This document shows positions 47,395 through 56,618 of a stretch of 64,000 bases of DNA, piece by piece. This DNA is from Spirochaetia bacterium (GTDB taxonomy: Bacteria > Spirochaetota > Spirochaetia > SZUA-6 > Bin103): NCBI GenBank assembly GCA_965199955.1, contig CBDATQ010000002.1, forward strand, positions 64,001-128,000, read 5' to 3'. The translations under genes were made by a program, and so were the position numbers. The notes under the pieces were generated by a model, which was not told the origin of the DNA, did no database searches, and saw only the letters and a list, made by a program, of their open reading frames with translations. Every line of letters starts with the position of its first letter. Position 1 is the first letter of the stretch.

Positions 47395-49059
47395 ATGACC
47401 ATGCGACACCATGATCCGATCACGCTGGAAATCATCCAGAACTCCCTGCAGGCGGCCGCTGACGAGATGTTCGCGGCCATGCGCAAGACGGCGATGAGCT
47501 CGATCATTTACGAAGTGCTCGACATGGGTACCGGCATCACGGACGCGGAAGGGGAGATCGCGTCATCCGGCGCGGGAATTCCGGCGTTCGTCGGCGTTCT
47601 CGACAAATCCGTGAAGGCGGTAATCGCCAAGTTCGACAGGCCGGGCGATGTCGAGCCGGGCGACGTATTCGCGACCAACGATCCGTATTCCGGCGGCGTC
47701 ACCCATCTGAACGACATCGTCGTGATGACGCCGGTATTCCACGGCGGCAACCTGATTGCCTGGACCGCGAACATCGCCCACAACTCGGATGTTGGTGGAA
47801 TGGCTCCGGGGTCACTGACCGGAGAGGCGACCTCCATCTTCCAAGAAGGCCTGCGGCTGCCGGCGATCAAGCTCATCGCGCGCGGCCAGACGATTGAGCC
47901 GGTGATGCAGGTAATCAAGATCAACTCGCGAATGCCGGACGTGCTCGAGGGCGACGTCTGGGCCGCGATCGCCTCGGTCAGGGTCGGAGCAAGGAGAGTC
48001 GAGTCCCTTGCCGAGAAGTACGGTACCGACACGTTTACGGCTGCCATCGAGTCGTTTATGGACGCCGGGGAGAAAGCATCGCTGAACGCACTTGCGAAGC
48101 TCCCTGCGGGGACGTTTGAGCTGTCAGAGGAACAGGACAACGGCCAGGTCTACAACGTCGGGATCACGATCGCCGAGGACCGGTTCACGGTCGATGTGCG
48201 CGACAATCCCGACCAGCTTGACGGCCCGCTGAACACGAGCCGCGACGGGGTCATGGTTGCCGCGCAAATGATCTTCAAGTCGCTGACCGATCCGTACTCT
48301 CCCGCGAACGGGGGATCGTTCCGGCCGCTGGAATTGCTGACCCGCAGCGGATCGGTGTTCGATGCCCGAGAACCGGCCCCGCTCGGTTTTTACTACGAGA
48401 TCGAGCTGCGCGCGTACGACCTGATGTGGCGGTGCTTGGCGAGACACATGCCAGAGCGCTTGGCCGCGGGACACTTCGCGTCGGTGTGCGGCACGTTCAT
48501 CGGCGGCATCCATCCGGATACCGGACGCCAGTACACGGTGATCGAGCCGCAGCTCGGCGGCTGGGGTGCGAGCAGGGGCGGCGATGGCAACACCGCGATG
48601 TTCTGCGGGTTTCACGGGGAAACCTACAACTGCCCGGCGGAGATCAACGAGGCGCGGAACGGGTTGATTGTCGAGCGGATGGCGCTGAATACGGAGCCGG
48701 GCGGCGAAGGCAGGCACTCGGGCGGCCGCGGAATCGTGCTGGACTACAGGGTGCGAGCTGATGACGGGTTTCTCACTGCGGGCTACACCCGGTCGAAATT
48801 TCCGCCGTGGGGCGTGGACGGGGGACGCGACGGCTCGCCGAACTACATCGAGTTCATCCCCAACGAGGGCGAGCGGCAGCGGTTCTCCCACGTGTCCGGA
48901 CTGGCGACGAAGAAGGACGACGTGATTCGCCTGTTCACGGCTAGTGGCGGCGGCTGGGGCGATCCGCGGGAGCGGGATCCCAAGCTTGTTCGAGCCGATG
49001 TCCGCAACGGTCTGATTTCGCCTGAGCGCGCGCGAGAGGTGTTCGGCGTCGAAGTTTGA
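47395..49059 (+). CDS. hyuB: Hydantoinase B/oxoprolinase family protein
   Basis: DPITLEII, NDPYSGGVTHLND, HNSDVGG, FQEGLRLP and GGGWGDP. Confidence 0.92.
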   Translation: MTMRHHDPITLEIIQNSLQAAADEMFAAMRKTAMSSIIYEVLDMGTGITDAEGEIASSGAGIPAFVGVLDKSVKAVIAKFDRPGDVEPGDVFATNDPYSGGVTHLNDIVVMTPVFHGGNLIAWTANIAHNSDVGGMAPGSLTGEATSIFQEGLRLPAIKLIARGQTIEPVMQVIKINSRMPDVLEGDVWAAIASVRVGARRVESLAEKYGTDTFTAAIESFMDAGEKASLNALAKLPAGTFELSEEQDNGQVYNVGITIAEDRFTVDVRDNPDQLDGPLNTSRDGVMVAAQMIFKSLTDPYSPANGGSFRPLELLTRSGSVFDAREPAPLGFYYEIELRAYDLMWRCLARHMPERLAAGHFASVCGTFIGGIHPDTGRQYTVIEPQLGGWGASRGGDGNTAMFCGFHGETYNCPAEINEARNGLIVERMALNTEPGGEGRHSGGRGIVLDYRVRADDGFLTAGYTRSKFPPWGVDGGRDGSPNYIEFIPNEGERQRFSHVSGLATKKDDVIRLFTASGGGWGDPRERDPKLVRADVRNGLISPERAREVFGVEV

Positions 49060-49090
49060 GAGCGCTGGCGACAACCAGCGAGGAGGATAA

Positions 49091-49280
49091 ATGTCAATCA
49101 CGGGGGATGGCGCGCGACGTCAAGCAGCCGGGTACGGATGTCGAGCTTGGCGTCAACGAGTTTCAGGCCGATCACGATCGGACGGAGCGGCTGCTTACCG
49201 AATCCGGCAGGAGGGCGATCGAATCGGCGACGGTAACGTATTCGGCAACCGGGTCGTCGTTGGTGCGGGATAGCTGGTGA
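49091..49280 (+). pseudogene. Collapsed remnant resembling an Asp/Glu/hydantoin racemase gene
   Basis: Strong GAGGAGG RBS and ATG. Removing one G from the G5 run at 49102-49106 gives MSITGMARDVKQPGTDV-ELGVNEFQADHDRTERLLTESGRRAIE. Confidence 0.5.
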
Positions 49281-49317
49281 GTTTCCGGATTTGTGGCGCG
49301 ATTGAAGAATACTGGCG

Positions 49318-50901
49318 ATGGCTGGTGGCGGCGCGGATCCCGTTACGCTGACCGTCATCCGGGCCGGCATCAGCGCCGCCGCCGAGGAGATGTTCGCAAC
49401 GTTGCGGAAGACTGCGATGAGTCCGATCATCTACGAAGTTCTGGACGTCGGGACCGGCGTGACGGACGACGCGGGTAACCTCGCTGATTCCGGTGCGGGG
49501 ATTCCCACGTTCGTGGGCGTGATCGACAAGGCAGTGCAGCGCATCATTGAACTCGCGAGGAATGAGCCGATTGTCGAAGGCGACATGTTCGTCACCAATG
49601 ATCCAGATTTCGGTGGGGTGACTCACCTGAACGATGTCGTGATAGCAATGCCGGTGTTCCATGCGGGCGAGCGCTTCGCGTGGACAGCTTCGATAGGTCA
49701 CTGGAGTGACGTCGGCGGAATGACGCCGGGATCGATGTCGACGAATGCTGTGGAGATCCATCAGGAAGGGATCAGGCTGCCGGCGGTCAAGTTGTTCGAG
49801 GCCGGTCGCAGGGTGGACGCGATATTCGACATCATCAAGACCAACTCCAGAGTTCCGGACATGGCGCTTGGCGACCTTTGGGCACAGGTGTCGGCATCTC
49901 GACGAGCGGGTCGCCGGCTCGAACGCCTTGCGGAGAACTACGGAGCCGATGGGTTCAGGGAAGCTGTTTCGGACATGTTCGAGGAGGGGGAGCTGCGTGC
50001 GCGCCGGGGACTGGGAAGCCTTCCGGCGGGAACCTACAGGATTGCGGAAGAGCAGGACGACGGCGCGGTCTGGAACGCACAGATTCGGATTTCGCAGGAG
50101 GAATTCGAAGTCGACCTGAGGGATAACCCGCAGCAGCGGGCGAGCCCGTACAATACCAGTCGCGACGGGGCGGTGGTCTCGGCACAGATGATATTCAAGG
50201 CTCTGACGGATTCCGGCCGCTTCGCGAATGCCGGATCGTTCCGGCCCCTGAGGGTGCTGACCAGGCCGGGATCGGTGTTTCATGCCGGGGGAAACGCGCC
50301 TCACGGCTACTACTTCGAGACGAGAATCAGGCTCTACGACATGCTCTGGCGTTGCATGGCGAGTGCCTTTCCGGACCGGCTGCCGGCGGGAAGTTTCGGA
50401 TCGATCTGCGCCACGGTGCTGGTCGGGAAGCATCCCGATACCGGCAGGACATTCGCCATGGTCGAGCCGCAGATGGGCGGATGGGGAGCGACGCCGCACC
50501 GGGACGGGGTCGATTGCATGTATTCGGCCAGTCACGGCGAGACGTTCAACTGCCCGGTCGAGATCTGTGAGGCGAGGTACGGGCTGGAGATCGGTTGGAG
50601 GAAGCTGGGCGATCCCGGCGGACCGGGGCTGCATCGCGGCGGCCGGGGCATGTCGACTTCATTGCGGCTACGGGGGCCGGCGGTGCTCGCGGCCGGCTAC
50701 AGTTGCCACCGCAAGCGAGTCTGGGGTCTGAACGGCGGCGCCCCAGGTGGCTACAACCGGCTGACCGTGATCAGGCAAGGCGAGATCCGCGAGAGCCATG
50801 CGTTCGTCAGCGACCTGAGACTGCAAGCCGGCGAGGAGGTCCTGATCGAAACCGCAAGCGGGGGTAGCTGGGGAACGCCGGAGTTGGGGAACGAGGCCTG
50901 A
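49318..50901 (+). CDS. hyuB: Second hydantoinase B/oxoprolinase family protein
   Basis: DPVTLTVI, NDPDFGGVTHLND, HWSDVGG and HQEGIRLP; clear paralog of 47395..49059. Confidence 0.92.
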   Translation: MAGGGADPVTLTVIRAGISAAAEEMFATLRKTAMSPIIYEVLDVGTGVTDDAGNLADSGAGIPTFVGVIDKAVQRIIELARNEPIVEGDMFVTNDPDFGGVTHLNDVVIAMPVFHAGERFAWTASIGHWSDVGGMTPGSMSTNAVEIHQEGIRLPAVKLFEAGRRVDAIFDIIKTNSRVPDMALGDLWAQVSASRRAGRRLERLAENYGADGFREAVSDMFEEGELRARRGLGSLPAGTYRIAEEQDDGAVWNAQIRISQEEFEVDLRDNPQQRASPYNTSRDGAVVSAQMIFKALTDSGRFANAGSFRPLRVLTRPGSVFHAGGNAPHGYYFETRIRLYDMLWRCMASAFPDRLPAGSFGSICATVLVGKHPDTGRTFAMVEPQMGGWGATPHRDGVDCMYSASHGETFNCPVEICEARYGLEIGWRKLGDPGGPGLHRGGRGMSTSLRLRGPAVLAAGYSCHRKRVWGLNGGAPGGYNRLTVIRQGEIRESHAFVSDLRLQAGEEVLIETASGGSWGTPELGNEA

Positions 50902-50935
50902 GACGAAGGAGCGGGCCGCTGAGTGCGTCAGCGTC

Positions 50936-50964
50936 TTGACAGCTCGCAATGCGCCCTCAAAGAT
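50936..50964 (+). promoter_or_regulatory. Sigma70-type promoter candidate
   Basis: TTGACA (50936-50941), 17 nt, AAAGAT (50959-50964), upstream of GGAGG and ATG 50997. Confidence 0.5.
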
Positions 50965-50996
50965 GGCCGTCTAACCCTGCGCTCTGGAGGTCCGAG

Positions 50997-52922
50997 ATGA
51001 GAAGAACGCTCGCCCTGTTGTCGGGAGTGATGTTAGTCGCGTCGTTCGCCGCCTACGCCGACACGTACCACGAGGCCCCAATGCTGGCCGCGCTGGTTTC
51101 CGAGGGCAGCCTGCCCCCGGTCGACGACCGGCTGCCGGACGTGCCGCAGGTCGTGGAGCCGCAGGCCAGCCTGGGACAGAGCATCGGCGAGTACGGCGGG
51201 ACCGCCAACGTCCTGCATCTACGGCCCGATCTGACCCGCGACGGCTGGTACATGGCCGGCACCGATCCGTTCCTGCGCATCGACTTCGACGAGAGCACGA
51301 TCGTCACCAACATGCCCGAGTCGTACGAGCTGTCCGCCGACGGCATGACCTTCACCTTCAAGCTGCGCGCGGGGATGAAGTGGTCCGACGGCGAGCCGAT
51401 GGGGCTGCACGACATCGAGTTCTGGCACACGGACATCCTGCAGAACGAGAGTCTCACCCCCAGCGTTCCGGGCGGGTTCGCTCCCGGCGGCGAGGTACTG
51501 CGCTTCGAGGCGGTGGACGACACGACCGCGCGGTTTCACTTCAGCGCCCCGCACCCGCTGTTCACGACCCAGCTCGTCGGCTGGTGGGGAGGCGTGCTGA
51601 CGCCGCCGAGCCACTATCTGAAGCAGTTCCACATCGCCCACAACAGCGATGCCGACGACGTGGCCAAGGAGGCCGGCTTCGACGCCTGGCACCAGTACTT
51701 CAACGACCGCAACCATCACTTCATCGGCTTCCCGATGAAGCCCGATCTGCCGACGCTCAACCCGTACACCCAGACCCGCAAGGAGACCGACCTGCTGGTC
51801 TACGAGCGGAACCCGTACTACCGGAAGGTCGACAGCGCGGGCAACCAGCTCCCTTACATCGACCGCATCGTGAGCCGGCGGCTGGAGGACCTGGAGGTCT
51901 ACTACGGCAAGATCATCAGCGGTGAGGCGGACTTCGCCGCCGCCGAGGGGCACACCGTCAACTTCCAGCAGTTCCCGATGTTCAAGGAGAACGAGGCGGG
52001 CGGCCAGTACCGCGTGTTCCTGTGGCAGTACACCAACCAGAGCTCGCCCACGCTGATGGTCAACCAGACCCTGGAAGGGGACGACGTGTTGCGTGACCTG
52101 TTCCGCGAGGTCAACTTCCGCCGCGCGCTGTCGCTGGCGATCGACCGCCACGAGATCAACGAGGTGCTGTACTTCGGCCGCGCCAAGCCGACCCAGATCA
52201 ACGCGCTGTCCACCTCCAAGTACTACAACCCCGACTACGACGACTCGTGGGCGCAGTACGATCCGGATCAGGCCAACCAGATGCTGGACGAGCTCGGCCT
52301 GGAGTGGGACCGGAACAACGAATTCCGCCTGCGCTCCGACGGCGAGCGGCTGGCGTGGACGTTCCTCACCGCGTCGATTCAGCCCGCGCTGGAGGAGCTG
52401 ATCAAGGAGTACTGGGCCGCCATCGGGGTGGACCTGTCGATCAACGTGCTGAACATCGAGCTGTACCGCGAGCGCGTGCGGGCCAACGACCTGCAGATGG
52501 GCGCGTGGGGACACGACGGGTCCTCGGACTTCCTGATCTTCAGCGATCCCTACAACCTCGTTCCCACGCCGAGCACCGGCAACGCGTGGAGCCAGTTGTG
52601 GGCCAAGTGGCTGGCCTCCGGCGGCGAGCAGGGCGAGGAGCCGCCCGCGGACGTGGTGCAGATGTACGACAACTGGCAGCAGCTCCAGGCCACGGTCGAC
52701 GAAGCGGAGAGCATCCGCCTCGGCCAGGAGATCCTGACCTGGGTGTCGGAGAACCTGCCGGTGATCGGCACGGTGGGATACTTCCCGACCGTGTTCATCA
52801 TCAAGGACAACCTGATGAACGTGCCGGAGACCTACCTGTACGGCTGGGACATGCTGTACACGTTCCCGGCCCATCCCGAGTTGTTCTACCTGCAGCATCC
52901 GCTGCAGTCGCACCAGATGTAA
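50997..52922 (+). CDS. ABC transporter substrate-binding protein, family 5 (oligosaccharide-binding type)
   Basis: Signal peptide ending AYA, EAPMLAALVSEGSLPPVDDRLP, GMKWSDGEP, NPYYRKVDSAGNQLPYID and FRRALSLAIDR. Confidence 0.93.
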   Translation: MRRTLALLSGVMLVASFAAYADTYHEAPMLAALVSEGSLPPVDDRLPDVPQVVEPQASLGQSIGEYGGTANVLHLRPDLTRDGWYMAGTDPFLRIDFDESTIVTNMPESYELSADGMTFTFKLRAGMKWSDGEPMGLHDIEFWHTDILQNESLTPSVPGGFAPGGEVLRFEAVDDTTARFHFSAPHPLFTTQLVGWWGGVLTPPSHYLKQFHIAHNSDADDVAKEAGFDAWHQYFNDRNHHFIGFPMKPDLPTLNPYTQTRKETDLLVYERNPYYRKVDSAGNQLPYIDRIVSRRLEDLEVYYGKIISGEADFAAAEGHTVNFQQFPMFKENEAGGQYRVFLWQYTNQSSPTLMVNQTLEGDDVLRDLFREVNFRRALSLAIDRHEINEVLYFGRAKPTQINALSTSKYYNPDYDDSWAQYDPDQANQMLDELGLEWDRNNEFRLRSDGERLAWTFLTASIQPALEELIKEYWAAIGVDLSINVLNIELYRERVRANDLQMGAWGHDGSSDFLIFSDPYNLVPTPSTGNAWSQLWAKWLASGGEQGEEPPADVVQMYDNWQQLQATVDEAESIRLGQEILTWVSENLPVIGTVGYFPTVFIIKDNLMNVPETYLYGWDMLYTFPAHPELFYLQHPLQSHQM

Positions 52923-52956
52923 CGACGCGCGCTGCCGGCGCCGGGGGAGGCTCGCG

Positions 52957-54224
52957 GTGAAGACCAGAGTGATCAGACGCGACGGCTACGACAACGGCGC
53001 CGCCCTCGCCCGGGCGTGGCAGGAGGACGGGCTGATCCCGGCGCCGCACGGCGAGGTGTTCGAGTTCTACCGCCTGGTCGACAAGGAGGCGGTGGCGCGG
53101 CTCGGCGACGAGGAGGGCATGCAGGGTCCGGAGCTGAACCTGCTGGAACCGTTCGCCAGGCAGGCGCGCCTCGCGGGCGGCGAGCGGAACGTGGCGCGGG
53201 TTCGCGAGTGGACGGAGCCGCGGCTGCTCGACGCCGTGGGCGACATCCACCGCGAGCGACTGGCGGAGCCGTTCGACCCGCACCGGTATCCGGAGATGCA
53301 GGGCCTGGCGCAGTTCCAGGACCGGGAGGCGAAGGGGATCGCCGACGTGTTCGGCACCGACTTCCGCCGCATCCTGCTGTGCCAGGACCAGTATCGGCGG
53401 CTGGTTTACCTGCGCGTCTCGGGCGAGGCCGAGCCCTCCCGGCGGACGCCGGAAGCTGCACCAGCGTCATCTTCAAGGAGAGCCCCGTGGGCCCGATCGT
53501 GGGCCGCAACATGGACTCCGGGATCGGTTCGGTCGCGGGCCTGCAGGGCTTCGGCGATCCGGTGATGTTCCGCTTTCCGGAGGAGATGGGCCACAGCTAC
53601 ATGGGCACGGCGCTGGCCGTGAACGAGCATGGGCTCACGATCCAGGGCTCAAGCATCGCCTACGCCCATGAACAGACCGACGCCGGCTTCTGGGTCGACA
53701 TCGGCCCCCTGGTGCTGCGCTGCTGCAGCACGACGGCGGAGGCGCTCGACCTGATCGACCGCTACAGCATGATGACGGGACCGAGCAACCTGGTGATGAT
53801 CGACGGCGAAGGCGACGGGGCCGCGGTGGAGAAGAGCAAGAACACCTACGCGGTGCGGCGCACCGACACGCCGTGGATCTTCACCACCGACGGCGTGGCC
53901 GTGGAGGAGAAGACCGCGGCCATCCAGGGACAGACGTCGCTGCACGAGTTCCACGTCGCCCGCCACCGCCTGATCGAGCGGTTGCTGCGCGAGCACGAGT
54001 CCAGCCCGAGCGTGGACGCGATGCGCCGCATCATGCGCGACCACACGGCGCCGTCGCCGGTGTGCAAGCACCTCGACCAGATGCCGGAGGACTATCCGCT
54101 GGCCACGCTGTACAGCTTCCTCCTGGTGCCGCGCACCGGCGAGTACTACTTCTGGGTCACGCGCCCGGGACCGGAGTACCCCTGCACCTTCGAGCCCACC
54201 CCCCACCACTTCTCCTTCGAGTAG
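52957..54224 (+). pseudogene. Peptidase C45 / acyl-CoA:6-APA acyltransferase-like Ntn hydrolase, frameshifted near 53435
   Basis: ORF 52957..53565 (propeptide-like) switches to ORF 53016..54224 carrying GSCTSV, IVGRNMD, VNEHGL and AVEKS. One C appears missing at GAGCCCTCCC, which could be a sequencing error. Confidence 0.75.
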
Positions 54225-54237
54225 GCATCATCCCCGT

Positions 54238-54417
54238 ATGAGCAGAACACGCGTGAGGATTGATCCGGACGATCGGACAAGTCTTCCCCCGGGACGGGTC
54301 GATTACGCGGTGCTGGATGGTGTCACCGAGGCTGAGCTCGCCACGCAGCAGCGCCGGGACGACGGCGAGGCGATGCGGGACGTTCGGAAGATGCTGGCCC
54401 GGTGCGATCGCAAGTAG
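54238..54417 (+). pseudogene. Truncated HTH-type antitoxin (N-terminal part only)
   Basis: 59-aa ORF MSRTRVRIDPDDRTSLPPGRVDYAVLDGVTEAELATQQRRDDGEAMRD resembles the N-terminus of XRE-HTH antitoxins; the HTH is absent. Confidence 0.55.
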
Positions 54418-54454
54418 CGCTCGTGAGCGTGGTGCAGCGAGCGGACTGTCGAGG

Positions 54455-56409
54455 TCCATGCCCGACTCGGAATCGTGCATCCAGCGCAGCGTGCTGGCGA
54501 CGAGTACGGTGGTCGCCGAGCTGCGCCCCTCCGCCGACAGCGAGGCCAGGCGCGTTCGATCGCGCGCCGCTCCGCCCTGCGTGCTTCCGCAGCGCAGGCA
54601 GAGCCGGAATTTGCCGGGCAGGAACCACGCCGTCGTTCCCGTACCGACGTGCCCGCCGGGCGCGACCAGGAAGCGCCGCGCGCGCGCGTCGCGGTAGTAC
54701 CTCTTGAGCCGCGGATTGCCTCCGGCGTCGAACTCCAGCCAGGTCTCCGGGTAGTCATCGTCGCGGTCGGCGAACGTGAAGTCGGGATCGTCAGGCGGGT
54801 GCGGCGTCAGGAAGCCGAAAATCTCGTCCTCGGGCTGTGCCTCGTCGGCGTCGTCAGGCCGGGTCGGTGGGGCGTCGTCGATGTCACGCGCGAGGAACAC
54901 CTCCTCGCCCTCCTGCTCCGCGAGCCGCACCGGGTGATACTCGTGCCCGCACTCGCGACAGAAGTGAAGAGCGTAGAGACGCTTGCCATCGTGGCCGGGA
55001 AGAAACTGCTGGCCATCCACCGTCACCTTGCGTGTGCCGGGCGGTTCGATCGTCCCGTAAGCGTGGCCGGCACCCGAGATGAACTGGTGGAGCTTGAACG
55101 AGTAGAAGCTGTCCTTGCTTGCCTCGGGGTTCGCGGTGCGTGCGTGCTCGGGGATGCTCGACACGAGCAGAAGATCGCGCAGCGCCCTGCCGCAGGCGGC
55201 TTCGGGTCGACCCGACTCCACCGCGAGCCGACCCACCGCATCGGTCATCGTCATCGGCTTCGCCCGGACCCAGCGCTGATCGACCTCCGAGAACGAGATG
55301 CCGAGCCGCGTCTCCACCCACACCGCGAGCGGGTGCGCCCGCAGCGCCGCGTCGGAGAGGTCTGGCGCGACGCCGGCATCGATGGCCGCGCCGAGGTCGG
55401 GCCGTACCGAGTCGGCCGTGGCGGTCGAAACCGTGGTGCGTTCCAGCGTCTCGGCGATAACGTTGCTGTCGGCGACCGGGACTCCGAACAGCTTCGCGGC
55501 CACGCCCGCGACCACCCGGCTCTTGTGCTCCAGCGATCCTTCGCTCGCCATCGTGGCCGAAGTGCCGATGCACAGGAGGTTCTCCGGCTGGAGGCGCTCA
55601 CGGACCCGGCGCACCAGCAGCGCCACGTCCGCGCCCTGGCGGCCGCGATACGTGTGCAGCTCGTCCAGGACCAGGAAGCGAAGGCCCGCGCAGTTGCCTA
55701 TGACCCGGCGGTCGAGCTCGTCCTGCCGCGTCATCAGGAGTTCCAGCATCATGAAGTTGGTCAGGAGAATGTCCGGGGGCTCGTCCGCAACCCGCCGCCG
55801 CTCGTCCCGGTCCTCCTGACCCGTGTAGCGCGCGAACGTGATCGGCCGTGCTCCGGGCGCCTGGTCGATGAACTTGCTCAGTTCCTCCATCTGCGAGTTC
55901 GCCAGCGCGTTCATCGGGTACACGACGATGGCGTGCGTGCGCCGCCGGGTCGTCTGCCGCGTGGCCAGCACGTGGCTGACGATGGGAATGAAGAAGCACA
56001 GCGACTTCCCGGATCCCGTCCCGGTCGTCACCACGAAGCTCTCGCCCTCGGCGGCGAGCGCAATCGCCTGCTCCTGGTGCTTGTAGAGGACCAGCGGCTG
56101 GCCGTCCGCACGGAAGATGTCCGCACAACCGGGATGCAGAACACCGTTCGCAACCAGCGTGCCGACATCCGTCGAGCGCTTGTAGCTCGGGTTGATCTGG
56201 ATCAGCGGCTCGGGCCAGTAGCGATTCTCCGCGTAGATCGCCTTTACCTGCTCGCGGATGTCCGCAGCGTGAATCGTAGTGAACGAGGTGGCGAAGTGGT
56301 GGTACTCCTTGACCACGCTGTCGCGGAGCGCAAAGACGTCGAGCGCCGGTGCCCTGCCGGCCCCGGCACCGTCCGAGTTCGGGCTTCGTGAGTTGATCCG
56401 CGTGCTCAC
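54455..56409 (-). pseudogene. 3'-truncated SF2 DEAD/DEAH helicase (YprA/DruE-like, normally ending in DUF1998)
   Basis: LYKHQEQAI, TTGTGSGKS, YPMNALANSQ, RYTGQE, LDELHTYRG, TSAT, and CRECG and CLRCG Zn motifs. Homology stops after EGRSSATT, before the second RecA-domain motifs. Confidence 0.85.
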
Positions 56410-56423
56410 CGAGTCTGCAATCC

Positions 56424-56546
56424 CCTTCTTTTCGTCGAGCACTCTCCGCTTGGTGGGTTCCAGCACGGCGTCAAGGCGTCTGAGCACGTCAGGGGTAGGA
56501 TGACGTCGCGGTACTTGCTGCGAACGCAAATGTCGCGCAGCGCCTC
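56424..56546 (-). pseudogene. hsdM: Remnant of type I restriction-modification methyltransferase N-terminus
   Basis: LRDICVRSKYRDVILPLT, a 1-nt frameshift, then VLRRLDAVLEPTKRRVL; this is the conserved HsdM N-terminal motif. Confidence 0.75.
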
Positions 56547-56618
56547 GAGGCGGCGGCACCTGCGGCCGGCAAGCTGCCGCCCGCAGGCCGCCGCTCCGGG
56601 GCCTCGGCCCTCGTCAGC

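Noticed and set aside
50969..51038. attC-like pair GTCTAAC ... GTTAGTC
   Set aside because: The right-hand site is imperfect and lies inside the SBP signal-peptide codons. There are no convincing L boxes, no integron integrase and no repetition at other gene ends.
54157..56559. 800-aa ORF as an intact helicase
   Set aside because: The N-terminus is an HsdM remnant, and the last ~100 aa are read-through across the antisense of an antitoxin remnant.
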